The notes under the pieces: generated by a model
Told to the model about the DNA's origin: nothing
What the model saw: only the letters and a program-made list of their open reading frames with translations
The model's database searches: none
Origin: Thermoplasmata archaeon
GTDB lineage: Archaea > Thermoplasmatota > Thermoplasmata > UBA10834
Reading direction: 5' to 3'
NCBI GenBank assembly: GCA_041559015.1
Contig: JBFFED010000005.1
Location: 2,577-66,576, forward strand
Length of the DNA: 64,000 nt
Shown here: one piece after another, positions 42,132 to 51,774 of the stretch
Position numbering within the stretch: the stretch's first letter is position 1
How the letters are laid out: the number at the start of each line of letters is the position of its first letter
Position numbers and translations under genes: made by a program

Positions 42132-43247
42132 TTATGCACGATAGGTCTTCGGAGACGCAGAGTGCCAGGAATCCAGTAGTATTGCGCCCAAGACCAGGAT
42201 GGGGCCAACTATGAGCCCGGCGCCGATGACAAGAGCCGCTACAGCAACCATAAGCGATACCGCCAATCTCGGCACGGTGGACGGGGGTTGCCCCCGTCCA
42301 GCATATCTCAGCGCAACCATACCGAGCACGATGGCGGCCGATTGCAGCAGGAGCACCACCATGCCTATTGGAGACTCGCTGAAGAGCGGGGACAGCACGA
42401 GAAAGACTGTCTGATTGACGCCGCCCCCAATCATGAGCAATGCCCCAGACAAAGCCGAGTAGAAAAGGGCTTTCTGCGTCCTGTCGCTGATTCTTGATAC
42501 CGACCTGAACCGCGGCAACACGAACGCATGGAAGGCCAGACCTCCAATGACCGTGAGGTATGTCGGGAGCATGAAGACGAGCGGGTTCTCCTCCCAGAAG
42601 ACCTTGGTGCTGTACCAATCATACGGTATGAGAACGAAGTCGAGAACTCCGAAGTCCTCCTCCACGCCGGGCGCGAACAGATACTTGTAGACTGTACCAT
42701 CGCTCACGCCTTCCAGGGCGTGGAGAGCTATTGACAGGGCGATCATGAAATAGTAGGTACCTTCCACATCGAGAGTCGTGTCAACGGTCTGTCTCACCCA
42801 GAACTCGGTCTGAGTGAACGGCTCGAACTCCTCATCGTACATTGGGCCATCATACATCCAGCTCAAGACGCCTGTCTCAGGCGGGAGAGCTACCGAGTAG
42901 TATGAGAGCATCTGCTGAGCACTCTCGTCAGGCAGAGGGAGCCCTGGACCTATCAGCAGCACCTCAGGCGCGAAGGCGTCGAAACGGTCGAAGGTTGGGA
43001 CACCAAGCTGGAAATGGAGACTCTCTCCTGCTTCTGCAGGAAAGGAGTAGAAATGGGTCCCGGTTCCTTGCTCGAACTCGGCGTATATGGCATATGACAC
43101 CTGGATATCGGGTATCTCCAGCGCGTCATTAATCGTGGAGCCACCCGACCGGTAAAGAGGAAGATGGCCACTCGACTCGTCGGGTACCGCCAATAGCACG
43201 ACGAGAGACACGAAGACGATTGCCCCCACCGGTTTCGCAACACGCAT
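42132..43247 (-). CDS. Membrane protein with an N-terminal signal peptide, an extracytoplasmic domain and a C-terminal multi-TM region
   Basis: From ATG 43247: MRVAKPVGAIVFVSLVVLLAVP..., a ~230-aa soluble domain, then ~5 TM helices. The longer ORF start at 43391 adds only Arg/Pro-rich sequence. Confidence 0.6.
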   Translation of the reverse strand: MRVAKPVGAIVFVSLVVLLAVPDESSGHLPLYRSGGSTINDALEIPDIQVSYAIYAEFEQGTGTHFYSFPAEAGESLHFQLGVPTFDRFDAFAPEVLLIGPGLPLPDESAQQMLSYYSVALPPETGVLSWMYDGPMYDEEFEPFTQTEFWVRQTVDTTLDVEGTYYFMIALSIALHALEGVSDGTVYKYLFAPGVEEDFGVLDFVLIPYDWYSTKVFWEENPLVFMLPTYLTVIGGLAFHAFVLPRFRSVSRISDRTQKALFYSALSGALLMIGGGVNQTVFLVLSPLFSESPIGMVVLLLQSAAIVLGMVALRYAGRGQPPSTVPRLAVSLMVAVAALVIGAGLIVGPILVLGAILLDSWHSASPKTYRA

Positions 43248-43461
43248 CCTGATATCGATTACCGACCGCACATTGTGATAGACGCTAGTAACCCTTCCAC
43301 CAACCCTGTTCGGTCGACTTGAGGGATTTCTTATCAGAACGGGTCTTTTCCGTGCGAGGGGAGCGGACAATCGCTGACCGGCGATTGCCATTGTGCGTCA
43401 CAACGGCCCTCGCACTACTGGTGTCAATCATTCCTACAGTCTAGCGCAGAGGGGTCGCTTA

Positions 43462-44169
43462 TCAGGCTTCCTCGTCCACGCCTTCATCGAATTCCGCGCC
43501 GCATTCAGGGCACTTGGGAGCCGTCAGGGGAGAAGGCGTTCCGCATACGGGGCACTCACCCATCTCCACCTCTTCCTGCTCCCTGTCCTTCGTTCTGGAA
43601 GGGTTACCAGGCCTCTTCTGCCTGGTGCTCCTCCTGCGGAGGCGTGTTCTGAGGGCCTTGACCTTGTCCATGTACGCCAGACCCAGCACGACGCAGAAGA
43701 GAGCCATAGCGCCCAATACCACAGCGTAGACGAAAGAAACGGGTATCGCGGGCAGGAATGGAAGCGCGACGGCCTTGTCGTTGACATATGCGCTAGCGAA
43801 GAACAGGAATCCAACAGCTGCGGGGATGGGAAGAGCTACGGTGAATAACACGCTTTGGACCATAACGGACTTCTTTGTCGGATCTGGCTGTCCGAAGAAG
43901 AGGTAGAGGCTCAGCCCCACCAGACTCGCCACGGCGACCAATGTGAAGCTGGCGCAGTAGTAGAACTGAATGGCGTCATCCATCTGGTCCATATACTCTG
44001 GCCCTGCCAGCAGCTGTGAGAATCCTAGGAAGCTGCCCAGGATCAACATGTAGGGGATGGCCTTCGGGAAGCGTTCCTCGAAGACGATGGCGGCTATGGA
44101 GCCTGCCAGAAAGAAGTCTATCCCCAGGAGTAGGAAGAACTGTGCGGGGAATACAGCCATATTCAGCAC
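43462..44169 (-). CDS. Polytopic membrane protein with a C-terminal zinc ribbon
   Basis: 235 aa, ~6 TM helices, basic linker, CPVCG...CPECG. Start overlaps the signal peptidase stop. Confidence 0.6.
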   Translation of the reverse strand: MLNMAVFPAQFFLLLGIDFFLAGSIAAIVFEERFPKAIPYMLILGSFLGFSQLLAGPEYMDQMDDAIQFYYCASFTLVAVASLVGLSLYLFFGQPDPTKKSVMVQSVLFTVALPIPAAVGFLFFASAYVNDKAVALPFLPAIPVSFVYAVVLGAMALFCVVLGLAYMDKVKALRTRLRRRSTRQKRPGNPSRTKDREQEEVEMGECPVCGTPSPLTAPKCPECGAEFDEGVDEEA

Positions 44170-44738
44170 CCCCCTTCTTGGTCAATCTCTAGAGGCTTCT
44201 CTGCCTGAGTGGTTTCAGTGCTTTCTGTCGGGTTCTTCTTGGGCCCGAACAGGAGAACCACCAGCGCCAAGGCAGTGATGCCCATCGCCACGAGCACCCA
44301 GCCGGACCCCCACAGAGAAGGCGAGATGTAGCCCGCAGAGGGGATTGTCGCAACCACCTTGGAGATGTAGTCCTCCTCGGTGACCTGCCACGGGTCGATT
44401 GTGGGGTTCGTGAGGTTGTTGTCCCCCTTGGTCAACAGGAATGTGGCACTCCCGCTGGTGTTGACCGCGACAACTCTGTGAATCACTGTCGTGGGGACCC
44501 CTCTAGGATCCTTGAACACTATGATGTCTCCAACTTCGATGCTGTCGAATGAAGTCTTGTAGACCACTACGGCGTCAGCGTAGTCTATCGTTGGTGACAT
44601 GCTGCTCGGGTTGTCGGATACGACGAAGAACGGCGGAGTCCCCTTGGCATAGCTGACTGCTGAGAAGACGAGGAGGCTGAGTATGACTACAGCGAAGCCG
44701 TAGTTCAGATACTTCAGGTATCTCCTCATGTTCTTCAT
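44163..44738 (-). CDS. Signal peptidase I, archaeal/eukaryotic S26B (SipW-like) type
   Basis: 191 aa. N-terminal TM, catalytic Ser region SSMSPTI, GDIIVFK, then VIHRVV and TKGDNN, with a C-terminal TM. Starts immediately after the upstream stop. Confidence 0.8.
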   Translation of the reverse strand: MKNMRRYLKYLNYGFAVVILSLLVFSAVSYAKGTPPFFVVSDNPSSMSPTIDYADAVVVYKTSFDSIEVGDIIVFKDPRGVPTTVIHRVVAVNTSGSATFLLTKGDNNLTNPTIDPWQVTEEDYISKVVATIPSAGYISPSLWGSGWVLVAMGITALALVVLLFGPKKNPTESTETTQAEKPLEIDQEGGC

Positions 44739-46361
44739 TCAGTTCACCGTCACATCGATTGCATAGTAGCAGAATGGGCTCGTACCTGGACTGATTGTGG
44801 CATACAGAACGATGCTCGAGCTCCCGAACTCATCCGCGACCGCCTGTATCCTCATGTAAAGCGTCGAACTACCCGACAGTGTGACCGAAGATCCAGAGGA
44901 CTGGGTCACGGCTCCGTCGGCGATCAATACCTGAGCAGTGGCGGGAGAGTAAAGAGAGACATTCATGCTGGTTATCCTGTCGATCGAGGAGTAGCTGTAC
45001 ACGGACAGACTGACGGAGTAGCTTGTCGATTCAGAATTCACGAACCTCAGGACGTAGTCGAAGTCGCTCGGTGTCGCGAAGTTCGTGGTCTGTCCAGTGC
45101 CCCAGTAGATGGTGTAGGTTATCCCACTGCCAGTCGGGTTGGTGAGCACTGCGAGCAGCCGGTCTCCCGATGATATCGAGGTCTCAGACCCCGCGAACGT
45201 GGTGATCACCTCGGACTTCGAGGTGGTTATGGGGTCAGTGCTGTCGCTGACGATCCAGTCAGTCACGGCGCCGCTCGTATACACGAGCAGGAGCACATCC
45301 ATCGACCCCTGGGAACTCGCCATGGCCCAGAGGTCCAGCGCCCATGTCCCGGCGTATACCGTCGCCGCGCTGGTATATGCAGGCGACCAAAGGAAGGCTG
45401 AATTGCCGGCCGAGACTGTGAAGGACCCGCTCGTGGCAGGAGCGGTTAGGTCCGTATTGCTGGAAGCCGATGGTATCGTCCCCTGTACAGCATCGCCTAT
45501 CATCGCCCATGTGACGCTTGACGTCGTCGAGAAGTCTATTGTGGTTGAAGTCTGTGGCGACATGACTCGCTTATACTCCGCCGCTCCGCCCAATGTAGAT
45601 CTGTCTGTGCTGTATATCGTTGTGAATCCGCTACCTGCAGATGGATCTGGAGCGGTCCCAGAGGAAACTCTGACGGCCACCGCACCGATCAGGAAATCAT
45701 TGGGGTTCACGGTCGAGAGGGTCACTGACTGCGCTGTCCCGCTACCCGTGCCAGTGACTGGAGAGCTCAGGCCGGGGTCGAAGGGATCAGCGGTGTTCGC
45801 GCCGCTGATCCCAAAGGCGATGACTATGAAGATCGTGTTAGCGCTGAAGCTCACGGTTATGTCCCTTGAGCTCGCAGTCGGCGCTACCGCCCACCAAGTC
45901 TCGACCCTCTCGTTCGTGCCATCTGAGACAGCACCCCTCTGTGTCCAGGTAAGCGCGGTCCCGGAATTCGTCACGGAGGTCACCGTCGCATCGCCTCTGA
46001 TCAACGCAGCCACATAGATCAGGTCGTCCGCATTGCTCGTGGAGAGGCCACTTACCGTTCCAGAATTCGCGGTGTCTGCCACCATCCCCGAACCATCGAG
46101 TGCTGGCGCTGCGTAAGCCGACACCGTCGCATCCGCGGTCTCGTAGAACTCAAGTCCGGCGCCGATAGTCACTTCTCCGTAATCCCCTGTAGAGGAGATC
46201 GACGAACTGCCTATGTCTCCGGTATTGAGGGCAACGGGAGCGGTTTGAGCAGTTGACGTTCCATCACATCCATACTCTTCTATCACGAGGGCGCTGGACA
46301 GCCCTGAGGCTATCATGAACGAGGAGACTACGACTATCAGCGGACGCAGACAGTGCCCCAT
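44739..46361 (-). CDS. Large secreted Ser/Thr/Gly-rich beta-rich protein, unknown function
   Basis: ATG 46361 gives MGHCLRPLIVVVSSFMIASGLSSALV (signal or anchor); GTG 46433 is the longest alternative. About 540 aa, very Ser/Thr-rich. The C-terminal ~90 aa loosely resemble the C-terminus of the 209-aa upstream protein. Confidence 0.65.
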   Translation of the reverse strand: MGHCLRPLIVVVSSFMIASGLSSALVIEEYGCDGTSTAQTAPVALNTGDIGSSSISSTGDYGEVTIGAGLEFYETADATVSAYAAPALDGSGMVADTANSGTVSGLSTSNADDLIYVAALIRGDATVTSVTNSGTALTWTQRGAVSDGTNERVETWWAVAPTASSRDITVSFSANTIFIVIAFGISGANTADPFDPGLSSPVTGTGSGTAQSVTLSTVNPNDFLIGAVAVRVSSGTAPDPSAGSGFTTIYSTDRSTLGGAAEYKRVMSPQTSTTIDFSTTSSVTWAMIGDAVQGTIPSASSNTDLTAPATSGSFTVSAGNSAFLWSPAYTSAATVYAGTWALDLWAMASSQGSMDVLLLVYTSGAVTDWIVSDSTDPITTSKSEVITTFAGSETSISSGDRLLAVLTNPTGSGITYTIYWGTGQTTNFATPSDFDYVLRFVNSESTSYSVSLSVYSYSSIDRITSMNVSLYSPATAQVLIADGAVTQSSGSSVTLSGSSTLYMRIQAVADEFGSSSIVLYATISPGTSPFCYYAIDVTVN

Positions 46362-46449
46362 TTGTCCATCCCAGCCTTGCTCCAACTCAGGAAGCGCCCT
46401 GGACACATCCGCCAGTGGCGGGGTTGCCGCCACTGGCGGCGTTCAGCGT

Positions 46450-47079
46450 CTAAGCCCACTGGATGGCTATGTCGAACGTCACTGCCTGTCCCGTTGTCGC
46501 CGTGGATATCGCGTACGCAACTACCTCGATGTAGTGGGTAGCGCCAGCTCCAAGCGCCTGGCTTGATCCCAAGACAGACCCGCCGGTCGTGCTCGTTATC
46601 TCGAAGGAACCAACGTTGCTGGAGGCGGGGTCATCCGTCTGGCTGGTGCAGTAGTACACCACGATCTTCCCAAGGACGCTGTTAGTATCGACAATGTTCG
46701 ATATCGTCACGGAGTTGACCGTTCGGGCCGTGGCGCTCGGGTTGTCGATCTGCAGAAGGTCTGTGTAGTACGTCGCGGGCTGCGGCGTGTTCGTCACCGA
46801 CGGGAACATGTCGATGGCGATGGCGGCGTAGTCATACGTGCTGGCAACAGTGACTGTCGCACTCGGATATCCAGAGCCACCAGAGTCAGACCCGGCAACC
46901 AGTTGCACATCTGGTGTCCTGACGGTCGCAGTCGCATCTCCATAGTAGTTCACGAAAACCGAGGCGCTCGCAGTTGCCATCAGCATTGACAAGAGCAGAA
47001 CGCCCAGGATCTTCCCGGTCTTCGAGTTCAGTCTCGATGTTCTCTCACGCATTCGGGCTATCATCTCTGACAATCCCAT
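46450..47079 (-). CDS. Secreted beta-rich protein, candidate TasA/camelysin-like or archaeal bundling-pilin-like subunit
   Basis: 209 aa. Basic n-region, hydrophobic core and ASA site (KTGKILGVLLLSMLMATASASVF), then beta-strand-rich Ser/Thr/Val sequence. First gene of the operon containing the SipW-like peptidase. Confidence 0.55.
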   Translation of the reverse strand: MGLSEMIARMRERTSRLNSKTGKILGVLLLSMLMATASASVFVNYYGDATATVRTPDVQLVAGSDSGGSGYPSATVTVASTYDYAAIAIDMFPSVTNTPQPATYYTDLLQIDNPSATARTVNSVTISNIVDTNSVLGKIVVYYCTSQTDDPASSNVGSFEITSTTGGSVLGSSQALGAGATHYIEVVAYAISTATTGQAVTFDIAIQWA

Positions 47080-47186
47080 ATTCTTTGCCTCATACCCATG
47101 CTTCGGGTGTGAGAGCCTATCTCGATGGGGTGTATTTGTACCGCCTCACCTGGTTCGCAATTTTGATAACAGGTCTTGGCCGACGG

Positions 47187-47194
47187 TATATAAA
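47187..47194 (-). promoter_or_regulatory. Candidate TATA box for the surface-protein operon
   Basis: TTTATATA on the minus strand, ~110 nt upstream of the 47079 start. It is the only strong TATA in the 365-bp spacer. Confidence 0.35.
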
Positions 47195-47410
47195 CCTACG
47201 CCCATGGCCGTCGACCGCGATTCCAGCAAGTCTGGCTATCACCGCTTGAGGGCTCCGAACACATGGGGGCGTGCGCGGCCAGTATGACCATGGATTAACA
47301 TCCGGAAAACACGCCAGTGTTCATTGCTCGGGAGGGGCACGGCCTCTATCTGGTGAATACGGCCACTCCATTTCGCCCCAGGTGAGTGGACTGCCAGGTC
47401 CATGGTACAG

Positions 47411-47436
47411 AAAAACGAGTGATAAGGGGTTTAAAA
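47411..47436 (-). terminator. T-rich tracts downstream of the M28 peptidase gene
   Basis: On the minus strand, TTTTAAA (47430-47436) and TTTTT (47411-47415) lie within 35 nt after the TAG stop at 47445-47447. Oligo-T is the usual archaeal termination signal. Confidence 0.35.
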
Positions 47437-47444
47437 GGGGGCGC

Positions 47445-49592
47445 CTACAGCTGTGAGGACAGGACATCTATCTGGTCGTTGGCGCCCTCGATCGCGTCGC
47501 ACATCATCACGAAGGCGTTCTCAAGCTGCACGATGGAAACGTCCACGAGCTTCTGCTCCAACGAGGCGATGATCGGCCCGAGCGCCTCCGGGGTGACTGC
47601 GTTCTCGCCCATGAGCCCGACGAGGGCATCATATTCAGGCCACACGTCGACCGACAGTTGCAGGTGCGTCTGAAGACCCCACGAGGCCATCCTGCTCCCC
47701 GTCAGCCTGTCCCTCTGGTCCAAGTAGTTGTCGTAGGAGCTGTAGTCGTAGTACCAGACCATGCCGACCCAGTTGAGATGTCTGATCGCACCTGTCACCA
47801 TGGAGTTCCCCGCTGCCGCTTTCAGCATACCGATGGCTGCGTCTGCCTTGTACACGTCGTTTATCGGCTGCTGGTACGGGTACCAATCCTGCTCCCAGAC
47901 ACCTATGGCTATCAGGGCCGTATCGAGGGCCTCGACTATGCTCATCAGCTGCAAGTTCACCTCGTGAGCCTCCGAGACTGGGACCAGTCCCAGGGCGGGC
48001 TGGAGAGCTGACACCTTCGAACTGAACTCTGACACTTCCCCTAGGAGCCTCTCCAGGTTCTCCGTGCTCACGCCGTACTCGTCGTAGATGTCATAGAGGC
48101 CGTCGACGCCGAAGTTGCCTCCCAGGAGCGTGCTCTCGAGCTGCCCCGCAAGCACACTGAAGTCGTAAGGCGCGATAGGTGTCGTCATCAACCTCACGGA
48201 CATGTCGGTGAGCAGAGTGAACAACTGCTCAAGGTAGCCGTAGTCTATGATGTTCGGCGCATCGAGATTCGAGTGGTAGTAGAACTCCTCCCATGCCGTC
48301 GATACCGTCTCGAACTCTATGCCGGGTATGCCCGCGGCCGAGAAGGTCCAATGGTCAGCCCATGTGTGCACTGTAGGTGCCAGTATGGCCCCATAAGGCA
48401 CGTTGGCCCGATTGTCCGATAGTACCTGCTTCACGAAGGTCGCAATCTCAGGCACGCAGTTGATGTAGACTGGCTCTCCGGCCATACCCATCAGCTCAAG
48501 GCAGAGATACGCCACGCTCTTCCCGACCCACTCCGGGTGCGCCTCTATGATCTGGTAATTGGCGCCCCAGCACCAATCGAAGTACGTGTCATCTATCCCG
48601 TACTCCTCGGCCGTATGCGAAGTGAATATCATCGTCCTGTCTGGCACCCATCCATCCTCGTCGATGGTATCCACCATCGCCTTCGCGATGACAAGCAGCG
48701 CTGCCACAGCGGAAGTGTCGTCCATCGCCCCCTGGAACCAGGCATCGTGGTGCGGGCCTATGATGACATACTCGTCAGAGTCCGTGCCCCAGTGCTTCCC
48801 AGGCAGGTATCCCACGACATTGTACCCGAAGCTGTCACCGTCGCCACGTGAGCCCTTCACGATGTCGCTGTACATGGTCGCGGTCCACATGCCTCCCTTC
48901 TCTATCTTCTCGATCACCTTAAGCGCATTCTCCTTGCTTATCGATATCAGCGGCGGGAATCCTGGTACGTAGAGGCCATCGTGACACGATATCGCATCCG
49001 GGCCCTGGCCGACGTTCGAATCGATGGTCGTCACGACCATCCCTGCGACCTCGTGCTCCATTGCCCCGTAGGCCATGGAGTCGACCCAGTAATCGTAGCC
49101 GATCCAGTTTGCGAGGACTATCTTGCCTTTCACGTCCTTGCCATCGTAGTCGCTATCGTAGCCATTGCCGATCCAGACTATCTCTGCGGTTATGGACTCC
49201 ATATCAGGAGTGGCCTGATCGTCCGTACCTGGAAAGCCGCCAAAGGAGGCGGCGGTCATCGTTCCGAGTCCTGGGACCTGGAGATATGCGGACCTGAACT
49301 CCCATGAATCGACCGGCACAGGTTCCAACACCACATCGGTCAGGCCCATCAGCTCCATCTCATTCGCGATGTACTCGGCCGCCTCGATGTCAGCCGGGCC
49401 GCCCGCCCCCCTGAAACCGATGGCGCTGTCTCCCATCGCGCACACATCGTCGATTATGCGTTCCGCGTAGTACATGTCCAACTTCTCGACTACATTCGCC
49501 GTCCAATCCGGTTTCACAGGCTTCGCTGCCATTACTGAGACAGGTGCTGCGACCAGTATCGCTAAGGCGATTGCGGTCAGAAGCGTTGCCAA
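47445..49592 (-). CDS. Secreted M28-family metallopeptidase with a PA (protease-associated) domain
   Basis: 715 aa, TTG start. Hydrophobic signal LATLLTAIALAILVAAPVSVMA, PA-like insert (GKDVKGKIVLANW), M28 metal-ligand contexts (IIGPHHDAW, DDTSAVAALL, FTSHTAEEYG), and a long helical C-terminal domain. Confidence 0.8.
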   Translation of the reverse strand: MATLLTAIALAILVAAPVSVMAAKPVKPDWTANVVEKLDMYYAERIIDDVCAMGDSAIGFRGAGGPADIEAAEYIANEMELMGLTDVVLEPVPVDSWEFRSAYLQVPGLGTMTAASFGGFPGTDDQATPDMESITAEIVWIGNGYDSDYDGKDVKGKIVLANWIGYDYWVDSMAYGAMEHEVAGMVVTTIDSNVGQGPDAISCHDGLYVPGFPPLISISKENALKVIEKIEKGGMWTATMYSDIVKGSRGDGDSFGYNVVGYLPGKHWGTDSDEYVIIGPHHDAWFQGAMDDTSAVAALLVIAKAMVDTIDEDGWVPDRTMIFTSHTAEEYGIDDTYFDWCWGANYQIIEAHPEWVGKSVAYLCLELMGMAGEPVYINCVPEIATFVKQVLSDNRANVPYGAILAPTVHTWADHWTFSAAGIPGIEFETVSTAWEEFYYHSNLDAPNIIDYGYLEQLFTLLTDMSVRLMTTPIAPYDFSVLAGQLESTLLGGNFGVDGLYDIYDEYGVSTENLERLLGEVSEFSSKVSALQPALGLVPVSEAHEVNLQLMSIVEALDTALIAIGVWEQDWYPYQQPINDVYKADAAIGMLKAAAGNSMVTGAIRHLNWVGMVWYYDYSSYDNYLDQRDRLTGSRMASWGLQTHLQLSVDVWPEYDALVGLMGENAVTPEALGPIIASLEQKLVDVSIVQLENAFVMMCDAIEGANDQIDVLSSQL

Positions 49593-49763
49593 TCTAACTC
49601 CGTTCGTACAATCCCCCCTCCGATGCGCTCAGACCAGAATCCGAACGCCACCCGATATCGCGGTATTCAGTAGAAAATCATTTGTGCGGAACTCTACCTG
49701 GCAGACGGCTGAGAATGCCACCTCCGCGGGGCCGGCCTGGTGCCGACCTCATCAAGTGGCGGG

Positions 49764-50432
49764 CTACAATCTCCCCAGCTTCCTGAGCAGCATTTCCGGG
49801 CTGTCGACCAAGGCAGCGCGAGCCTCCTCTGGGGTCATGCCCGCGCCCCTGGCAACAGTGGTCGCGAAGGCCATTGTGCTCAGGTCCTCTGGTGAGTGCG
49901 CATCCGTGTTCACGACGAGCCTCGCTTTCGTTCCCCTCGCAAGATATGCGACATGACCGTTCGCCAGCGAATGACCACTTCTGCAGCTTATCTCAAGGAA
50001 CACACCGTTGCTGGCGGCCAGCTCGATATCGTCTACCGACATGAGCCCGGGGTGCGCGAGTATGTCCACCTCCGGGTTTGAGACGGCCTTGAGATTGGTG
50101 CCTTTTTCGACGGGCTCAACAAGCGTCTCCCCGTGAACGACCACGATCTCAGCGCCGAGCTTCCTTGCGTTTCTAATCGCATCGTCGATGTGCCTCACCG
50201 GGACATGGGTGAGTTCGACACCAGGAATAGCCTCTATGCCCCACACATCTGCCTTCCCGCAGTCCCTGGCTGCGGACTCGATGACCTCCTCCATGTTGGA
50301 GAAAGAAGCGTGGTCGGTGATCGCTATCGCCCTGTGGTCAGCCGCAGCGGCCCTCCGGATGAGCTCCATGGGCAGCAGATCGCCGTCGCTGAACAGAGTG
50401 TGCATGTGAAAGTCGCATCTCCTTGCCCTCAT
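49764..50432 (-). CDS. PHP-domain phosphoesterase, probable histidinol-phosphate phosphatase
   Basis: 222 aa. [33 protein letters not shown] metal-binding motifs of the PHP fold. ATGA-type overlap with the hisIE stop. Confidence 0.8.
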   Translation of the reverse strand: MRARRCDFHMHTLFSDGDLLPMELIRRAAAADHRAIAITDHASFSNMEEVIESAARDCGKADVWGIEAIPGVELTHVPVRHIDDAIRNARKLGAEIVVVHGETLVEPVEKGTNLKAVSNPEVDILAHPGLMSVDDIELAASNGVFLEISCRSGHSLANGHVAYLARGTKARLVVNTDAHSPEDLSTMAFATTVARGAGMTPEEARAALVDSPEMLLRKLGRL

Positions 50433-51007
50433 TTCCTTCTGCCCTCCAATTCCTTGTAGATGTCTTCGATAGTCATCTTCTCGTCATACAGCAGTACCAT
50501 GAGATGATAGAGAAGATCTGCGGCCTCGTAGACCATCTCCTCTCTCTTCCCGTCCTTCGCGGCGAGTATGACCTCCGCGCTCTCCTCGCCTATCTTCTTG
50601 AGCAGGAGGTTCCTGTTCCTGAGGAGCTTCAAGGTGTAGGACGATTCCGGACCCTCCCTCCTGCGCTCATCAAAAACACGCCACAGCTCGCTGACGACAT
50701 CCTCCTGCCTGAGAGGCTCCTTGAAGAAGCATGAGTAAGAGCCCGTGTGACACGCAACGCCTGTCTGCTCCACCCTCGCGAGCAATGCGTCCCCGTCACA
50801 ATCCGTCATGAGCTCGATGCACCTCTGGAGGTTACCCGATGTCTCGCCCTTCTTCCAGATGGCGTTCCTTGAGCGGCTCCAGTAATGCATGAAACCAGTC
50901 TTCTTTGTCAGCTCGATCGACTCCTCGTTCATGTACGCGAGCATGAGCACGTTGTTGTTCTTGATATCCTGCACCACGACCGGTGTCAAACCGTCCTCTA
51001 GCTTCAT
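50429..51007 (-). CDS. hisI: Bifunctional phosphoribosyl-AMP cyclohydrolase / phosphoribosyl-ATP pyrophosphatase
   Basis: 192 aa. HisI part (VVQD...MLAYMN...WSRSR...WKKGETSG...DCDGDALL...CHTG), then HisE part ([12 protein letters not shown]...[13 protein letters not shown]). Confidence 0.92.
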   Translation of the reverse strand: MKLEDGLTPVVVQDIKNNNVLMLAYMNEESIELTKKTGFMHYWSRSRNAIWKKGETSGNLQRCIELMTDCDGDALLARVEQTGVACHTGSYSCFFKEPLRQEDVVSELWRVFDERRREGPESSYTLKLLRNRNLLLKKIGEESAEVILAAKDGKREEMVYEAADLLYHLMVLLYDEKMTIEDIYKELEGRRK

Positions 51008-51774
51008 TTGACCACGCTCTCCCTGACCGGCACGCCCGCTGCCTTGAGCGCCCTCTTGACGTCAGCGACCGTGTGCTGGCCATAATGGAATATCGAGGCG
51101 GCCAGGGCGGCATCGGCCTCCCCCTTCGTGAGGACCTGCACTATGTGCTCGATAGTCCCGCAGCCTCCGGAGGCGATCACAGGCACGCTGACTGCCCTGA
51201 CAATCGTCCTCGTGAGCTCGATGTCGTAACCAGCCTTCGTGCCGTCGGCGTCCATGCTAGTGAGCAGGATCTCGCCCGCACCCCTCTCGCAGGCCTCTTT
51301 GGCCCACTCGACCGCGTCCCTGCCGGTCGGCTTGGTCCCAGAATGGGTGTAGACTTCCCAGCCATCACCCGCGCTCTTCGCGTCTATGGCGACCACCACG
51401 CATTGGCTCCCGAAGGCGTCAGCGCACTCGGTGATGAGCCCAGGGCTCTCCACCGCCGCGGTGTTCACCGAGGTCTTGTCGGCACCCGCCTTCAGCGTCT
51501 CCCTCACGTCCTCGAACGACCGGGTGCCGCCTCCGACAGTCAGAGGTATGAACAGGTTCTCAGCAGTCTTCTTCACCGCTGAGCGCATCGTCGCCGCGCC
51601 CGCAACCGTGGCATTCACGTCCAGGAAGACTATCTCATCCGCACCCTGTCTCTGATACTCCACCGCGAGTGCGGGAGGATCACCCACACTCTGCAGGTTC
51701 CTGAAACACACGCCCTTGACGACGACCCCGTCCTTCACGTCCAGACAAGGCATGATGCGCTTGGTGAGCGGCAT
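51004..51774 (-). CDS. hisF: Imidazole glycerol phosphate synthase cyclase subunit
   Basis: 256 aa from ATG 51774 ([16 protein letters not shown]...). One-nt overlap (TGATG) with the hisB stop. The longer track ORF is a spurious extension. Confidence 0.92.
   Translation of the reverse strand: MPLTKRIMPCLDVKDGVVVKGVCFRNLQSVGDPPALAVEYQRQGADEIVFLDVNATVAGAATMRSAVKKTAENLFIPLTVGGGTRSFEDVRETLKAGADKTSVNTAAVESPGLITECADAFGSQCVVVAIDAKSAGDGWEVYTHSGTKPTGRDAVEWAKEACERGAGEILLTSMDADGTKAGYDIELTRTIVRAVSVPVIASGGCGTIEHIVQVLTKGEADAALAASIFHYGQHTVADVKRALKAAGVPVRESVVK

Noticed and set aside
41447-47444. An integrated virus or plasmid at tRNA-Glu.
   Set aside because: I could find no integrase, transposase, capsid or terminase-like ORF and no direct repeat of the tRNA 3' end. 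The content is better explained as a cell-surface gene islet.
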